64,000 nt of DNA from Alphaproteobacteria bacterium (GCA_049609145.1 JBMYYF010000002.1:372839-436838); one strand, 5' to 3'; numbered from the stretch's first letter, positions 1-8,616 are shown. Program-made: numbers and translations. Notes: generated from the sequence alone by a model not told the origin.

Positions 1-37
1 AAAAATTAAGGAGCAGGAGTGGTTTAAGGCGACCAAT

Positions 38-385
38 TTGCAAGGCGAGCCGGTTGTAATGGCTGATCATACGGCGGAGTTGCAAATGGTTGAAGGAGAG
101 GTTGCCTATATCGGGGCGGACTACGTGATTGAGAAAGTCGAGCCAGGAAAATCCTATTTCGTTTCGGCGGTATCAGATGCTGGTATTGTAATTAGCTCGG
201 CGCTCTTCTTCTCAAACGATTCAGTAGCACTGGTCGATTTGACGCCAATTCCGTTTACAACTTTGATGTTCAATGTGCCCGAGGTTTATACGAACATGCG
301 TGTTCATGTTATGGGGCCGAAGTTAGAGTTTGTGGATGATGAGGTGGATACCGCAATAAGAATTCGCGTTTTGCGAACGCCATAA
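38..385 (+). CDS. hypothetical protein (115 aa), lower-GC segment
   Basis: Intact ORF with TTG/ATG start options. It ends 5 bp from the convergent kinase gene. No recognisable motifs. Confidence 0.35.
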   Translation: MQGEPVVMADHTAELQMVEGEVAYIGADYVIEKVEPGKSYFVSAVSDAGIVISSALFFSNDSVALVDLTPIPFTTLMFNVPEVYTNMRVHVMGPKLEFVDDEVDTAIRIRVLRTP

Positions 386-390
386 TGCGC

Positions 391-2388
391 TCATGCCTGC
401 TTTATCTTTTGAATGATCTTCGCAGCGTTGTTCAATCGGCGCTGCGGATTGCGTTCCAAAAGAGGGTACAGGGCGCGGGCAAGGCCTTCCGGGCAATTGC
501 TCTGGGCTGCATATTCTCTCCGCGAAATAATTTTGCGTTTTGACTTGCCGCGACTATTCTTGATGGTTATCGGGTTTAGTCCACCTAACCATTCAAGGGC
601 AAATACACCGAAAGAAAACCAATCGGCTGCCTCGGTTGTGCGGCGTCCTACAAGTTGTTCAGGCGCCATGTAGTGAAGGCTGCCATATCCGCGGAATGCC
701 GTTTCCTCTTCCGATAATCTGGCAATGCCAAAGTCGATAAGGACCGGATGCATGCCGTCATCCACCAGTATGTTTTCGGGTTTAAGGTCGCGGTGAATAA
801 CGCCAGCACCGTGGAGCGCGGATATAGCATCAACTATCTTGATCAATACGCTGCGTCGTTGTCGTTCTGAATGTTCTTCCAGCATGAGCCGGTCCAGGCC
901 AACGCCGGCAACAAGATCTTGAACGACAAATAGATCGCCGTTTTCCACATCGCCAAAGGCATGGATGCGTACACAGCCCGGGTGCCGGATTCTGCTCGCG
1001 GCTTCGTATTCCGTGGCAAGTGACTTACGCAGGGCATTTCGCGTCGGGTTGTCGTACAGGCGAGAAAGTTCGACGATTTTTACGGCAACTGTACGGTTAT
1101 GGTCAGTATCGTAGGCGCGATAAACGGTGCCAAAGCCACCAGCCCCGATTTTTTTGCCCAGCACATATCCAGAAACACCAGGTTGTCCTTCGTCGAGCAA
1201 GCGACGGGAGGTGTGGATTGCGCTTTCTTCAATTGACAGTGTTTCCATTGTGCTACGAATTTCGTAACAAATCTTGGATAGTCGTTTACGTCGTGCTTCG
1301 GATAAGGCGATTGAATAGAATTTTTCAGCAAGCGCCATGTCGCGTTCGGCATGATAGGCGCGGCCCAAAGCCCGTGCTGTGGCAATCCGATAAAAGGGTG
1401 TCGCGATTTCATCAAAATATGAAAATACCGGTAGCAGTGTGTTGATTGCGTCACTCGACTGTCCCGCATCAAACTGAACCTCTCCGAGAGCGAGATCAAT
1501 ACGCGCACAAAGACCTTCGTTCTGGAGGGTGTTGGCAAGCTCTTTTGCCTGGTTGAGGGTGTGTGTGCTTTCGATGGTTTGCCCGGTGCCAGCCTGATGC
1601 CGGGCTCGTTCAACGAGCGCGAGGCTGTGATAGTCAGAGGTTGGTGCCTTGGATGCGTAAAACCCTATTGCAGGTTCAATATCTTCGAACGCAGAATCAT
1701 ATTGTTTCAGGTTGAGGCGTGACCGCGCGCTATAGGTGGCCAAGCGTGCCCCGATGACAGTGCTGCTAGGAAATGCGGCGCGGAGGCCACCTAGTATATC
1801 AAGCGCGGTGTTGTTGCGCCCTCTATTTTGGTAGCCACGGGCAATATCAAATAGAACAATCTCTTGGCGAAAGGAGTCTTCTTCGGCGCGGGCAACTACC
1901 AAGGCGCGCACAAACAGGGCTAAGGCTTCATCTAAATCCCCACGTTCCATACACAGTCGGCCCAGTTCCCGCATTAAGCGGTATCGGATCGCCGCGCTGG
2001 GCGATGCTGCCTGTTGCAAATCAAGCAAGATGCTGCGGGCTGCTGCCTGCCGCCCGGTGCTTGCAAGGGCCACCGCCCGAACGATTTGAAGGCGCGCCAT
2101 CAGTATATCTTGGCCATTAGGCGCTGCGCTATTTTCCAAAGCAGCAATAGTATCTTCAACTTGGCTAAGGACTGATTGAAGGGGCAGTGAGGTTGCGATT
2201 GCAGTTTCTGCTTCTATCAGTGTTTTGTGGTGTTCAGAGAGGGAGGCTATATCGCCTAGGCGCGCGGTTGGGCTGTCATGCTCGCCGGAAAGCAGCATTC
2301 TTTCGATTTGGTCAAAGGGGTCTGCGCCAATCACAAAACTGATCCGGCGTTGTGTGCCGCCTCTATGGGGCGGGCACGGCGTTGGCAA
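391..2388 (-). CDS. Ser/Thr protein kinase with N-terminal TPR-like helical repeat region (kinase domain C-terminal)
   Basis: C-terminal Hanks kinase motifs are readable: GAGGFGTVY (P-loop), VAVK, HRDLKPENILV, DFG, APE. The N-terminal roughly 400 aa is Ala/Leu-rich helical repeats. The start is ambiguous: Met at 2388 overlaps the upstream gene by 58 nt, and an alternative Met lies at about 2298. Confidence 0.8.
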   Translation of the reverse strand: MPTPCPPHRGGTQRRISFVIGADPFDQIERMLLSGEHDSPTARLGDIASLSEHHKTLIEAETAIATSLPLQSVLSQVEDTIAALENSAAPNGQDILMARLQIVRAVALASTGRQAAARSILLDLQQAASPSAAIRYRLMRELGRLCMERGDLDEALALFVRALVVARAEEDSFRQEIVLFDIARGYQNRGRNNTALDILGGLRAAFPSSTVIGARLATYSARSRLNLKQYDSAFEDIEPAIGFYASKAPTSDYHSLALVERARHQAGTGQTIESTHTLNQAKELANTLQNEGLCARIDLALGEVQFDAGQSSDAINTLLPVFSYFDEIATPFYRIATARALGRAYHAERDMALAEKFYSIALSEARRKRLSKICYEIRSTMETLSIEESAIHTSRRLLDEGQPGVSGYVLGKKIGAGGFGTVYRAYDTDHNRTVAVKIVELSRLYDNPTRNALRKSLATEYEAASRIRHPGCVRIHAFGDVENGDLFVVQDLVAGVGLDRLMLEEHSERQRRSVLIKIVDAISALHGAGVIHRDLKPENILVDDGMHPVLIDFGIARLSEEETAFRGYGSLHYMAPEQLVGRRTTEAADWFSFGVFALEWLGGLNPITIKNSRGKSKRKIISRREYAAQSNCPEGLARALYPLLERNPQRRLNNAAKIIQKIKQA

Positions 2389-3272
2389 ACGGCATCAATT
2401 GTTGCGAAGATGTGGTCCAGCTCTCGTTCAAGATCTGTCGCCAATATGTTTAGGTCGGACACGTTTCCCTGGGCAATGGTGTCACTAAACGGGGTGTGTT
2501 CTGATTGCAGTGCAAGGAACAGGCTGTCTTCGTCAAAGACAACATGAAGCGTCTTGGGGCGTAGCAATTTGTCGAGGCGTGTAAACTCATTCATGACGTT
2601 GGGGGTCATAAGCTTGCGTCCTGCGACTTGGTCAGTGCCATAGAAGTCGTATTTTTTTTCGAACTCAGGGCTCTCTAGGTGAATGCGTGGCCAAGCGGCC
2701 CCTGCAAGGCTTTTCGGATGGAGACCAAAAGTGCCGGATACTGGAGATACGTTATCAATCCGGGCGACTACACCTTTGAAGCTGCGCTGACGATTGTCCT
2801 TGTTTCTGCTGTGTATCACGCTGATTGAATAGGCCTTGCCATCATGTGTGCCTGTTATCGCAACATGTTCCTGTGTGGATGTATAATCAGGTAAAAGCCC
2901 TTTCACCAAAATGGTGGGGTAAAGTGGGGAGAGAGCTTCGTGAAGCGTAAAGTTATCCCGTCGAGCCAGGAGCGGTGGGAGCAGGATTTGCAAGGCTTGG
3001 CTTTTGGGTGCGTGTAGCACCAATGCAGTAATCAGAATAATACCTAGCAGAAGCACGGAAAATAGTACCGCGAAAAATTCGAGCGGGTAATCCCATTTCA
3101 TTACAAGAATAAGAACTATATTGCTTATAACCAGCGCCCCTCCGCCGAAAGTTACAGTATATAGAGTGACCCGTGTCACGCGGGCCCACCAGCGCATCCG
3201 GTTTAGCTGGCCTGTATAAGGTGTGTAATGTTTGTTAACGAACGCATCGCGGTCGGGTTGATCACGGAACAT
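2331..3272 (-). CDS. DUF3137-like membrane protein (two N-terminal TM helices), paralog 2
   Basis: Two hydrophobic helices at the N-terminus, then a soluble domain. Clearly homologous to the adjacent gene (shared motifs GT.HG...S....., FDF.G.DQ..GR...TP). The family assignment comes from resemblance to proteins usually encoded next to lemA. Confidence 0.55.
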   Translation of the reverse strand: MFRDQPDRDAFVNKHYTPYTGQLNRMRWWARVTRVTLYTVTFGGGALVISNIVLILVMKWDYPLEFFAVLFSVLLLGIILITALVLHAPKSQALQILLPPLLARRDNFTLHEALSPLYPTILVKGLLPDYTSTQEHVAITGTHDGKAYSISVIHSRNKDNRQRSFKGVVARIDNVSPVSGTFGLHPKSLAGAAWPRIHLESPEFEKKYDFYGTDQVAGRKLMTPNVMNEFTRLDKLLRPKTLHVVFDEDSLFLALQSEHTPFSDTIAQGNVSDLNILATDLERELDHIFATIDAVCQRRARPIEAAHNAGSVL

Positions 3273-4282
3273 CAGAATGGTCCTGGCTGTTCATTTTGAT
3301 CATGTATCAAAATGTCGACGGCACGAAGTGCTGTATGTATATCACGAGCGACTTGCGCTACCTGTTGGCGTAGTTCGTCGGCAGGCTGTGATAAGATGCC
3401 GCCGTCGATCCAATTTTGCGGCATCTTGTAGGCGATGAAAATGGTGCCATTCTTGAAAATGGCGCTCAAACTATTTGAGGCAAATGCTTGCGAGAATTGA
3501 TACCACTTTTCCATGCGGGCGGGTGTGAAAATTGTTCGGCCCTCCATTTGGTCCGATCCGAGGAAATCGAAGTGATCTTCGAAGTCAGAACTTTCCAGCT
3601 TTATGGTTTCCCATGCTGTGAGGTTTCTAAAGTATCCTTGGTAGCGTCCTGAGGTGCCGCTATTGGGATACAGTGCGTAAGAGCCGGTAAAGGGATATTG
3701 ACTCGGCGTCTTGATAACCAGACCAGAGAATACGGTTTTGGATCTATCCCGACTTTTTTGCGTTAATGTTGTATCCAGCATGGACACGGGGTGCCCATGA
3801 TAAGTGCCACATATAAAGTCTTCGATACGTAGCCCGTTAAAAGACGGCAGTAGCTCTGGGGTTGTCATCTCTTTGAAGACGCTGCGGGGGGGCTTAGGCG
3901 TATACGAAAAATCGCCATAATGGGCGAGAATGCTGGGCACCACCTTCTCTTTCAGCCGCACTAGATATTGTCCATGAATGACTTTGCGATTTCCGAAAGC
4001 GGCCCCGAAAAGGAGAAATGAAAGGCCGAAGCCAATCGTGACATGCTCGCTACCTGACATCATCAATCCGATATTGGCCGCAATAGTGATGGCCGCCACG
4101 AGCATTATGGCAATTTGTGCTATGCGGGCGCGCAGCTCGAGCTTATGTCGTTCGCGAATAAGGGCGGCGCTGATCGGCGTGATTTCCGCATCAAACAAGA
4201 TGGAGAATGCCGGAGAGGCGGTGAAGGAGGTTTCTTCGCCACCAACTGGCGTTCGTTTTAGGCGGGCAGTCGCATCATCCAT
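3272..4282 (-). CDS. DUF3137-like membrane protein (two N-terminal TM helices), paralog 1
   Basis: Same architecture as the downstream paralog. Its stop overlaps the paralog start by 1 nt and it sits 8 nt after the lemA stop. Confidence 0.55.
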   Translation of the reverse strand: MDDATARLKRTPVGGEETSFTASPAFSILFDAEITPISAALIRERHKLELRARIAQIAIMLVAAITIAANIGLMMSGSEHVTIGFGLSFLLFGAAFGNRKVIHGQYLVRLKEKVVPSILAHYGDFSYTPKPPRSVFKEMTTPELLPSFNGLRIEDFICGTYHGHPVSMLDTTLTQKSRDRSKTVFSGLVIKTPSQYPFTGSYALYPNSGTSGRYQGYFRNLTAWETIKLESSDFEDHFDFLGSDQMEGRTIFTPARMEKWYQFSQAFASNSLSAIFKNGTIFIAYKMPQNWIDGGILSQPADELRQQVAQVARDIHTALRAVDILIHDQNEQPGPF

Positions 4283-4290
4283 ATTTTAGT

Positions 4291-4863
4291 TTATCCGCCT
4301 AGATGATCAGCGGCTGGTATGGCGCCTTTGGGGGTTGCATCATCGATTTCGTAGAAGGGCATTTCGCCGATCTTGATCATGCTTGCCACCAAAGAGCTGG
4401 GGAATATCTGGGTCGCATTGTTCAAATCGGTTACAGCTGAGTTGTAGAACCGACGCGCAGCGGCAATATTTGCTTCAACGTCCTGATATGTTTTTTGCGC
4501 TTTTTGCATCACCGTGTCTGACTTTAGATCAGGATAGTTTTCTGCGATAGCTATCAGACGCCCTAACGTGGACTGCACGCCCTCAGCAGCCTTTAGATGA
4601 TCTTGAACGTCAGCGGCACTGCCTGCGTCGTATGATTTTTCAAACGCGGTACGTGCGGCGGTAAGATCTTCCAGCAATGCCCGTTCATGTTCCATAAATT
4701 TTTTGGCAATTGCTAACACGTTGGGGATTAGGTTTGCCCTCTTTTTGATTTGTACATCTATACCGCTTAGTGCCTCTAGGGCGCGGTTGCGACGTTTGAT
4801 AAGCCTCGAATAAAGCACGTATAAAAGGATACCGATTATGGCGATGACATAGATAGCTTCCAT
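4291..4863 (-). CDS. lemA: LemA family protein
   Basis: N-terminal TM helix followed by the characteristic LemA segment ALSGIDVQIKKRANLIPNVLAIAKKFMEHERALLEDL. Length is 190 aa. Confidence 0.85.
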   Translation of the reverse strand: MEAIYVIAIIGILLYVLYSRLIKRRNRALEALSGIDVQIKKRANLIPNVLAIAKKFMEHERALLEDLTAARTAFEKSYDAGSAADVQDHLKAAEGVQSTLGRLIAIAENYPDLKSDTVMQKAQKTYQDVEANIAAARRFYNSAVTDLNNATQIFPSSLVASMIKIGEMPFYEIDDATPKGAIPAADHLGG

Positions 4864-4864
4864 T

Positions 4865-6643
4865 TTATTGTCCTCTCGTCGCGATAGTGGTTTGTGCGAC
4901 TGTTGCTTTTTGGTTCAGCGCAGCGTTTTCGAAGTTTATGAATTCAGGCAGTAGATTGGTCGTGTGCTGCACTCCCGATAACTGCCCCATGTTTGGTATG
5001 ATTTGCAGCTTCGCATTGGGTAGGCTATTTGTTATGGCTTGGGCATTCTCTAAGGTGTTGATGCCATTGCGATCGCCATGACAAACCAAAATTGGCGTAG
5101 TTATTCGCCGCCACTCAAGGCTGGCCTCATGGATTGCCATTGACAATGCTTGGGCGCTGCCGAGGTGATATTCTGAAACGGTGATTTTGGTGCCGAGGAT
5201 TAAGGCTTTTTTCAAGTCTGGCTCCCGTTCGAACAGCGCTTGATCTGCCGGTGAATCCATCAACCAGCGATCAACAAACTTTGTGATGAATGTGTCAGTG
5301 GCGCGCGTGGATAGGACTTTTGCAACAAAGGATAGTGCCCAATCTGATTTAGAAAATTGCCTAAAGAGCCTTGCGCCGATACTATCGCGTTCTTCTTCAG
5401 GCGGAGATACGCGCGGTGAAATGAGGCAAAGCGCAGATAGTGTTGAGGGGCAGGCTATCGCTGCCTCTAGCGCGAAACGGGCACCCACGGCCATCCCAAT
5501 GGCGGGAAATTTTTGGGTGTTAAACCGCCTTTCGAGTACTGTTAGCAGCTCTGCAATGTCTGCCCGGTATTTGCTCCACGAATAATCTGGTTGAAAACTT
5601 GCTTGCCCTCTGCCGGAAAGTTGGGGGCAGATAAAACAAATGTTCATCTCATACAACAATGCGTTCATGCCAGCTGACGCAACATATTCATTCAGGGGGC
5701 TGTTGAAAATAAGAATGGGCTTGCCGATAGCCGGGCCATAAACATGGTAGGCGATCTTGTTGCCATCTTTCAGTTCAACCAAGCTGGGGTTGCGATAAAT
5801 AGCAAGCCCATCAAACGAGGAGGAAGATTGGAGGGTTTTGTCTCTGGTTTCTCGTCCCGGTATTGCAATGCTTAGCATCGTTAAAAGTCGGATGAGATCA
5901 GATTGGCGGTTCACACCAACCTTCGCGAAAACGGATTTAAGGTGATTGCGCGCAGTGTTGTGAGCGATGTTGAGTTGGTCTGCCGCTTCCTTTAGCGCCA
6001 TTCCCTGTTGCAGGTAACGCACTAGTTCGGTTTCAGCATGGGTGAGGCCAAGGCCGATTGTGGTTGAGGGGGTGCCCTTCTGCTCAGCGGTGAGTGGAAG
6101 AAGGAAAATGGATATTTGGTTCTTTTCACCGATCCGGTTGATGACCGCGATTAGGGGTGATGCGTCTTCCGCTGCTGGTAAGCGCACTAGTCGCGGCCCA
6201 CCTCCATCGTCTCTTGCCATCACCAAGGCCGTCATGAATGGGTCACGCAACTCTGTTTCGTGCAGGTCAAAACGTTGCCCTAGGCCCAGCCCCTTACAAT
6301 AGGGGTTGATGAGCGAAAGTGCCTCGCTGCCTGCTGCCATAACTTTTAGATCCATGGATAATAGTAGACGGCAGCGGTCCAAGGGGTGCACTTCGTCCGT
6401 TCGGTCGAGCTGATGGCTAACGCGTTCGGCAATTTTGAGCGCGCGGTCTAGATGGGATTGCAACTCACCATATGTCTCAAGTTCTTCGAGGTTTAGCTCA
6501 AGGCGCTCAAGCTCGGAAAGCATGTCCAATGCCGCGTCGGCGGTATCGGCTTCGCTTGCGTATCGGTAGATAAAGTCCATTAGTGTCATATAGATATCAA
6601 GTGATGCATCTGCTTTTGGTGCTATATCGGACTTCGTCGCCAT
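4865..6643 (-). CDS. LuxR-family HTH transcriptional regulator fused to a C-terminal alpha/beta-hydrolase-fold domain (probably non-catalytic)
   Basis: LuxR-type HTH is readable mid-protein (LTHAETELVRYLQQGMALKEAADQLNIAHNTARNHLKSVFAKVGV). The C-terminal roughly 300 aa has alpha/beta-hydrolase topology, but the nucleophile elbow reads GMAVG (Ala in place of Ser) and the HG position reads NS. A 1-nt gap separates it from lemA. Confidence 0.7.
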   Translation of the reverse strand: MATKSDIAPKADASLDIYMTLMDFIYRYASEADTADAALDMLSELERLELNLEELETYGELQSHLDRALKIAERVSHQLDRTDEVHPLDRCRLLLSMDLKVMAAGSEALSLINPYCKGLGLGQRFDLHETELRDPFMTALVMARDDGGGPRLVRLPAAEDASPLIAVINRIGEKNQISIFLLPLTAEQKGTPSTTIGLGLTHAETELVRYLQQGMALKEAADQLNIAHNTARNHLKSVFAKVGVNRQSDLIRLLTMLSIAIPGRETRDKTLQSSSSFDGLAIYRNPSLVELKDGNKIAYHVYGPAIGKPILIFNSPLNEYVASAGMNALLYEMNICFICPQLSGRGQASFQPDYSWSKYRADIAELLTVLERRFNTQKFPAIGMAVGARFALEAAIACPSTLSALCLISPRVSPPEEERDSIGARLFRQFSKSDWALSFVAKVLSTRATDTFITKFVDRWLMDSPADQALFEREPDLKKALILGTKITVSEYHLGSAQALSMAIHEASLEWRRITTPILVCHGDRNGINTLENAQAITNSLPNAKLQIIPNMGQLSGVQHTTNLLPEFINFENAALNQKATVAQTTIATRGQ

Positions 6644-6791
6644 ACCGCCCTAATCCCCCTTAGTTTTCTTGGAGCACTTAGCAAAATAGATATATATCGG
6701 GAACTTATTCAGATATAGTCCATTTGAGCTATGTTGACTGATTGGCTCCCTCATTAGGCTGTGGATGATCCATTGCCGAAGGAGGCTCCTG

Positions 6792-7874
6792 ATGCGTCTG
6801 CACTTAAAACTACCGCTTGTTTTTGCTGTGTTTTTGGGGCTTTTTTCCCCCGCATTTGCTGCCAATGATCAAGCGCGCGAAGCTTATTACGAAGGCATCA
6901 AAGCGCGTGATGCTAACGACTATCAGCGCTCACATAGCCTGTTATGCGTGGCCGCCAAGGCCGAATACCCAGATGCTGTAATGGAGTGCGGCATGACCTA
7001 TTTGTTAGGTGCGGGTGTCGCCAGAAATGTACAAAATGGTATTTTGCTATTAGCTCGAGCAGCTGAGCTGAAGGTGGGGGCTGCCGCATTTAGACTTTCG
7101 TTGCTTTATTTGAAGGGCGAAGTAGTGCAACGCGATCTTGCTAAGGCGAAGACCTATTTGCTGCAAGGGGCGAATTTAGGTAGCGGTGAAGCGGAATATG
7201 CATTGGCGAATGCTTATATGCGGGGCATGACAGTAGATGGGGTTGTTGTATTTGCAAAGGATGTAGTGCAGGCAGCCATATGGATGGAGAAAGCAGCGAG
7301 CTACTCAATGCAGTCCTCATTCGATTATGGCATTGTCCTTTATCAAGGCATTGGACGCCCATCTGACAAAATGGAGGGGTTGAAATGGATTGAGATGTCT
7401 ATCGGTATGGGCGGCATGAAAGCGGCTGATGTGCTGACCAAAATCTATCGGACCGATGCAGAGGTAAAGGCGCTATATGATGAACAAGGCCTGCAAATGG
7501 TTCAACAACATGAGGCCGGCGAGGGGGGACGTATCTATGATGTCGTGGGCCCGGGGTTCGGTCGTGCGCCGCCTGCGGGAATGGTTATGGTTGACCCTAC
7601 CTTCTATTTCCGACTTGGCTTGCGGGCCGCCTACGGGTTAGGGGTCTCAGGTGGACCAGTTGCTGCCGTTAAATATTGGCAACATGACATCGACTCCAAT
7701 GTTGGCTTCTCGGGGTCAATGTTTTTGCTTGGCATGGCCTATTATACTGGAACGGGTGTTGTTGAGGACAAAGTTAAAGGTATTGCCCTGCTGCAACGCC
7801 TAAATATGGGCTCACATGAAGGGGCAGCTGCTTTCTTGCGGTCCATTAAGGCGCCCCTTAAGCCTCCCAAGTGA
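6792..7874 (+). CDS. secreted Sel1-like repeat protein
   Basis: Signal peptide MRLHLKLPLVFAVFLGLFSPAFA. Repeated Sel1-like motifs (..A..Y..GIGV..D...A..W..KAA..G...A). RBS AAGGAGG lies 7 nt upstream of the ATG at 6792. Confidence 0.75.
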   Translation: MRLHLKLPLVFAVFLGLFSPAFAANDQAREAYYEGIKARDANDYQRSHSLLCVAAKAEYPDAVMECGMTYLLGAGVARNVQNGILLLARAAELKVGAAAFRLSLLYLKGEVVQRDLAKAKTYLLQGANLGSGEAEYALANAYMRGMTVDGVVVFAKDVVQAAIWMEKAASYSMQSSFDYGIVLYQGIGRPSDKMEGLKWIEMSIGMGGMKAADVLTKIYRTDAEVKALYDEQGLQMVQQHEAGEGGRIYDVVGPGFGRAPPAGMVMVDPTFYFRLGLRAAYGLGVSGGPVAAVKYWQHDIDSNVGFSGSMFLLGMAYYTGTGVVEDKVKGIALLQRLNMGSHEGAAAFLRSIKAPLKPPK

Positions 7875-8107
7875 GGCGATGCTGCGGCATCCAGATTATC
7901 ATTTCATCAATATTGCTCGCCTCTGTCGGCAGCTTCTCTGTTTTAGTGTACGCACAAGGAAACCGCTGTCGAAGCTCATAGGGCGTCGAGGCTAAACTTA
8001 CCGTTGTTAGTTTCCAATTCCCTGCTAAGTCATTGATTTCTTGGGTGGTCTATCAAAGGCAGTTTCCATCTAACCTATAGAAATCACTAAGATAAGACCT
8101 AATTCGT

Positions 8108-8150
8108 AATGATGGGGTCAGGTGTTCAAATCACCTAAGCGGCACCACCA
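8108..8150 (+). other. orphan tRNA 3-prime end fragment (T-arm AGGTG-TTCAAAT-CACCT, acceptor 3-prime strand, discriminator, CCA), putative att-site remnant
   Basis: The sequence ggggtcaggtgttcaaatcacctaagcggcacca has a canonical T-stem/loop and a CCA tail. No complementary 5-prime acceptor strand or anticodon arm lies upstream, so this is not a complete tRNA gene. Confidence 0.45.
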
Positions 8151-8175
8151 CCTTATCCTTGACGTTATTCCCCCC

Positions 8176-8616
8176 TTAGGCCGTGAGCGTGTAGCGCAAA
8201 ATCTCAACCACTTGGTCTGGCGTCTTTGCCCATCCAGCCGCTGCACCATCAACTTCTTTCAAAGGGTGTACGATGTTTTCATCGTGTAAGGTGATGTAGG
8301 GCTTGCCCAGTGCAGCACATTGGCCGGCATCGAAGGCGGCGTTCCATTGCTTGTATTTGTCGCCAAAGCGGATCACCGCGATGTCGCATTTTTGGATGAG
8401 CGTCCGAATGCGAAGTGCGTTTATCTTGGCCGATTGGTGATCGCGCCAAAAATCCTCGTCTGGCTTCCCAAGAACGTCACCAGCCGCATCACTGCTTTCA
8501 TGATGCGTGTTGGCTGAGGTGAAGGTGATGTCGAGATCAAGTGCTTTTGCCCCGGCGATAATTTGTGCGCGCCAATCAGTGTGAATTTCTCCAGAAAGGT
8601 AAACCTGCCAAGACAT
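8176..8616 (-). CDS. YtoQ family protein
   Basis: MSWQVYLSGEIHTDWR... is a typical YtoQ N-terminus. Length is 146 aa. Confidence 0.8.
   Translation of the reverse strand: MSWQVYLSGEIHTDWRAQIIAGAKALDLDITFTSANTHHESSDAAGDVLGKPDEDFWRDHQSAKINALRIRTLIQKCDIAVIRFGDKYKQWNAAFDAGQCAALGKPYITLHDENIVHPLKEVDGAAAGWAKTPDQVVEILRYTLTA

Noticed and set aside
8072-8147. A complete tRNA gene ending at the CCA near 8147.
   Set aside because: Only the T-arm and the 3-prime acceptor strand are present. The 76 nt upstream contain no complementary 5-prime acceptor strand (it would need gccgctt) and no recognisable D or anticodon arms, so it is called a fragment.
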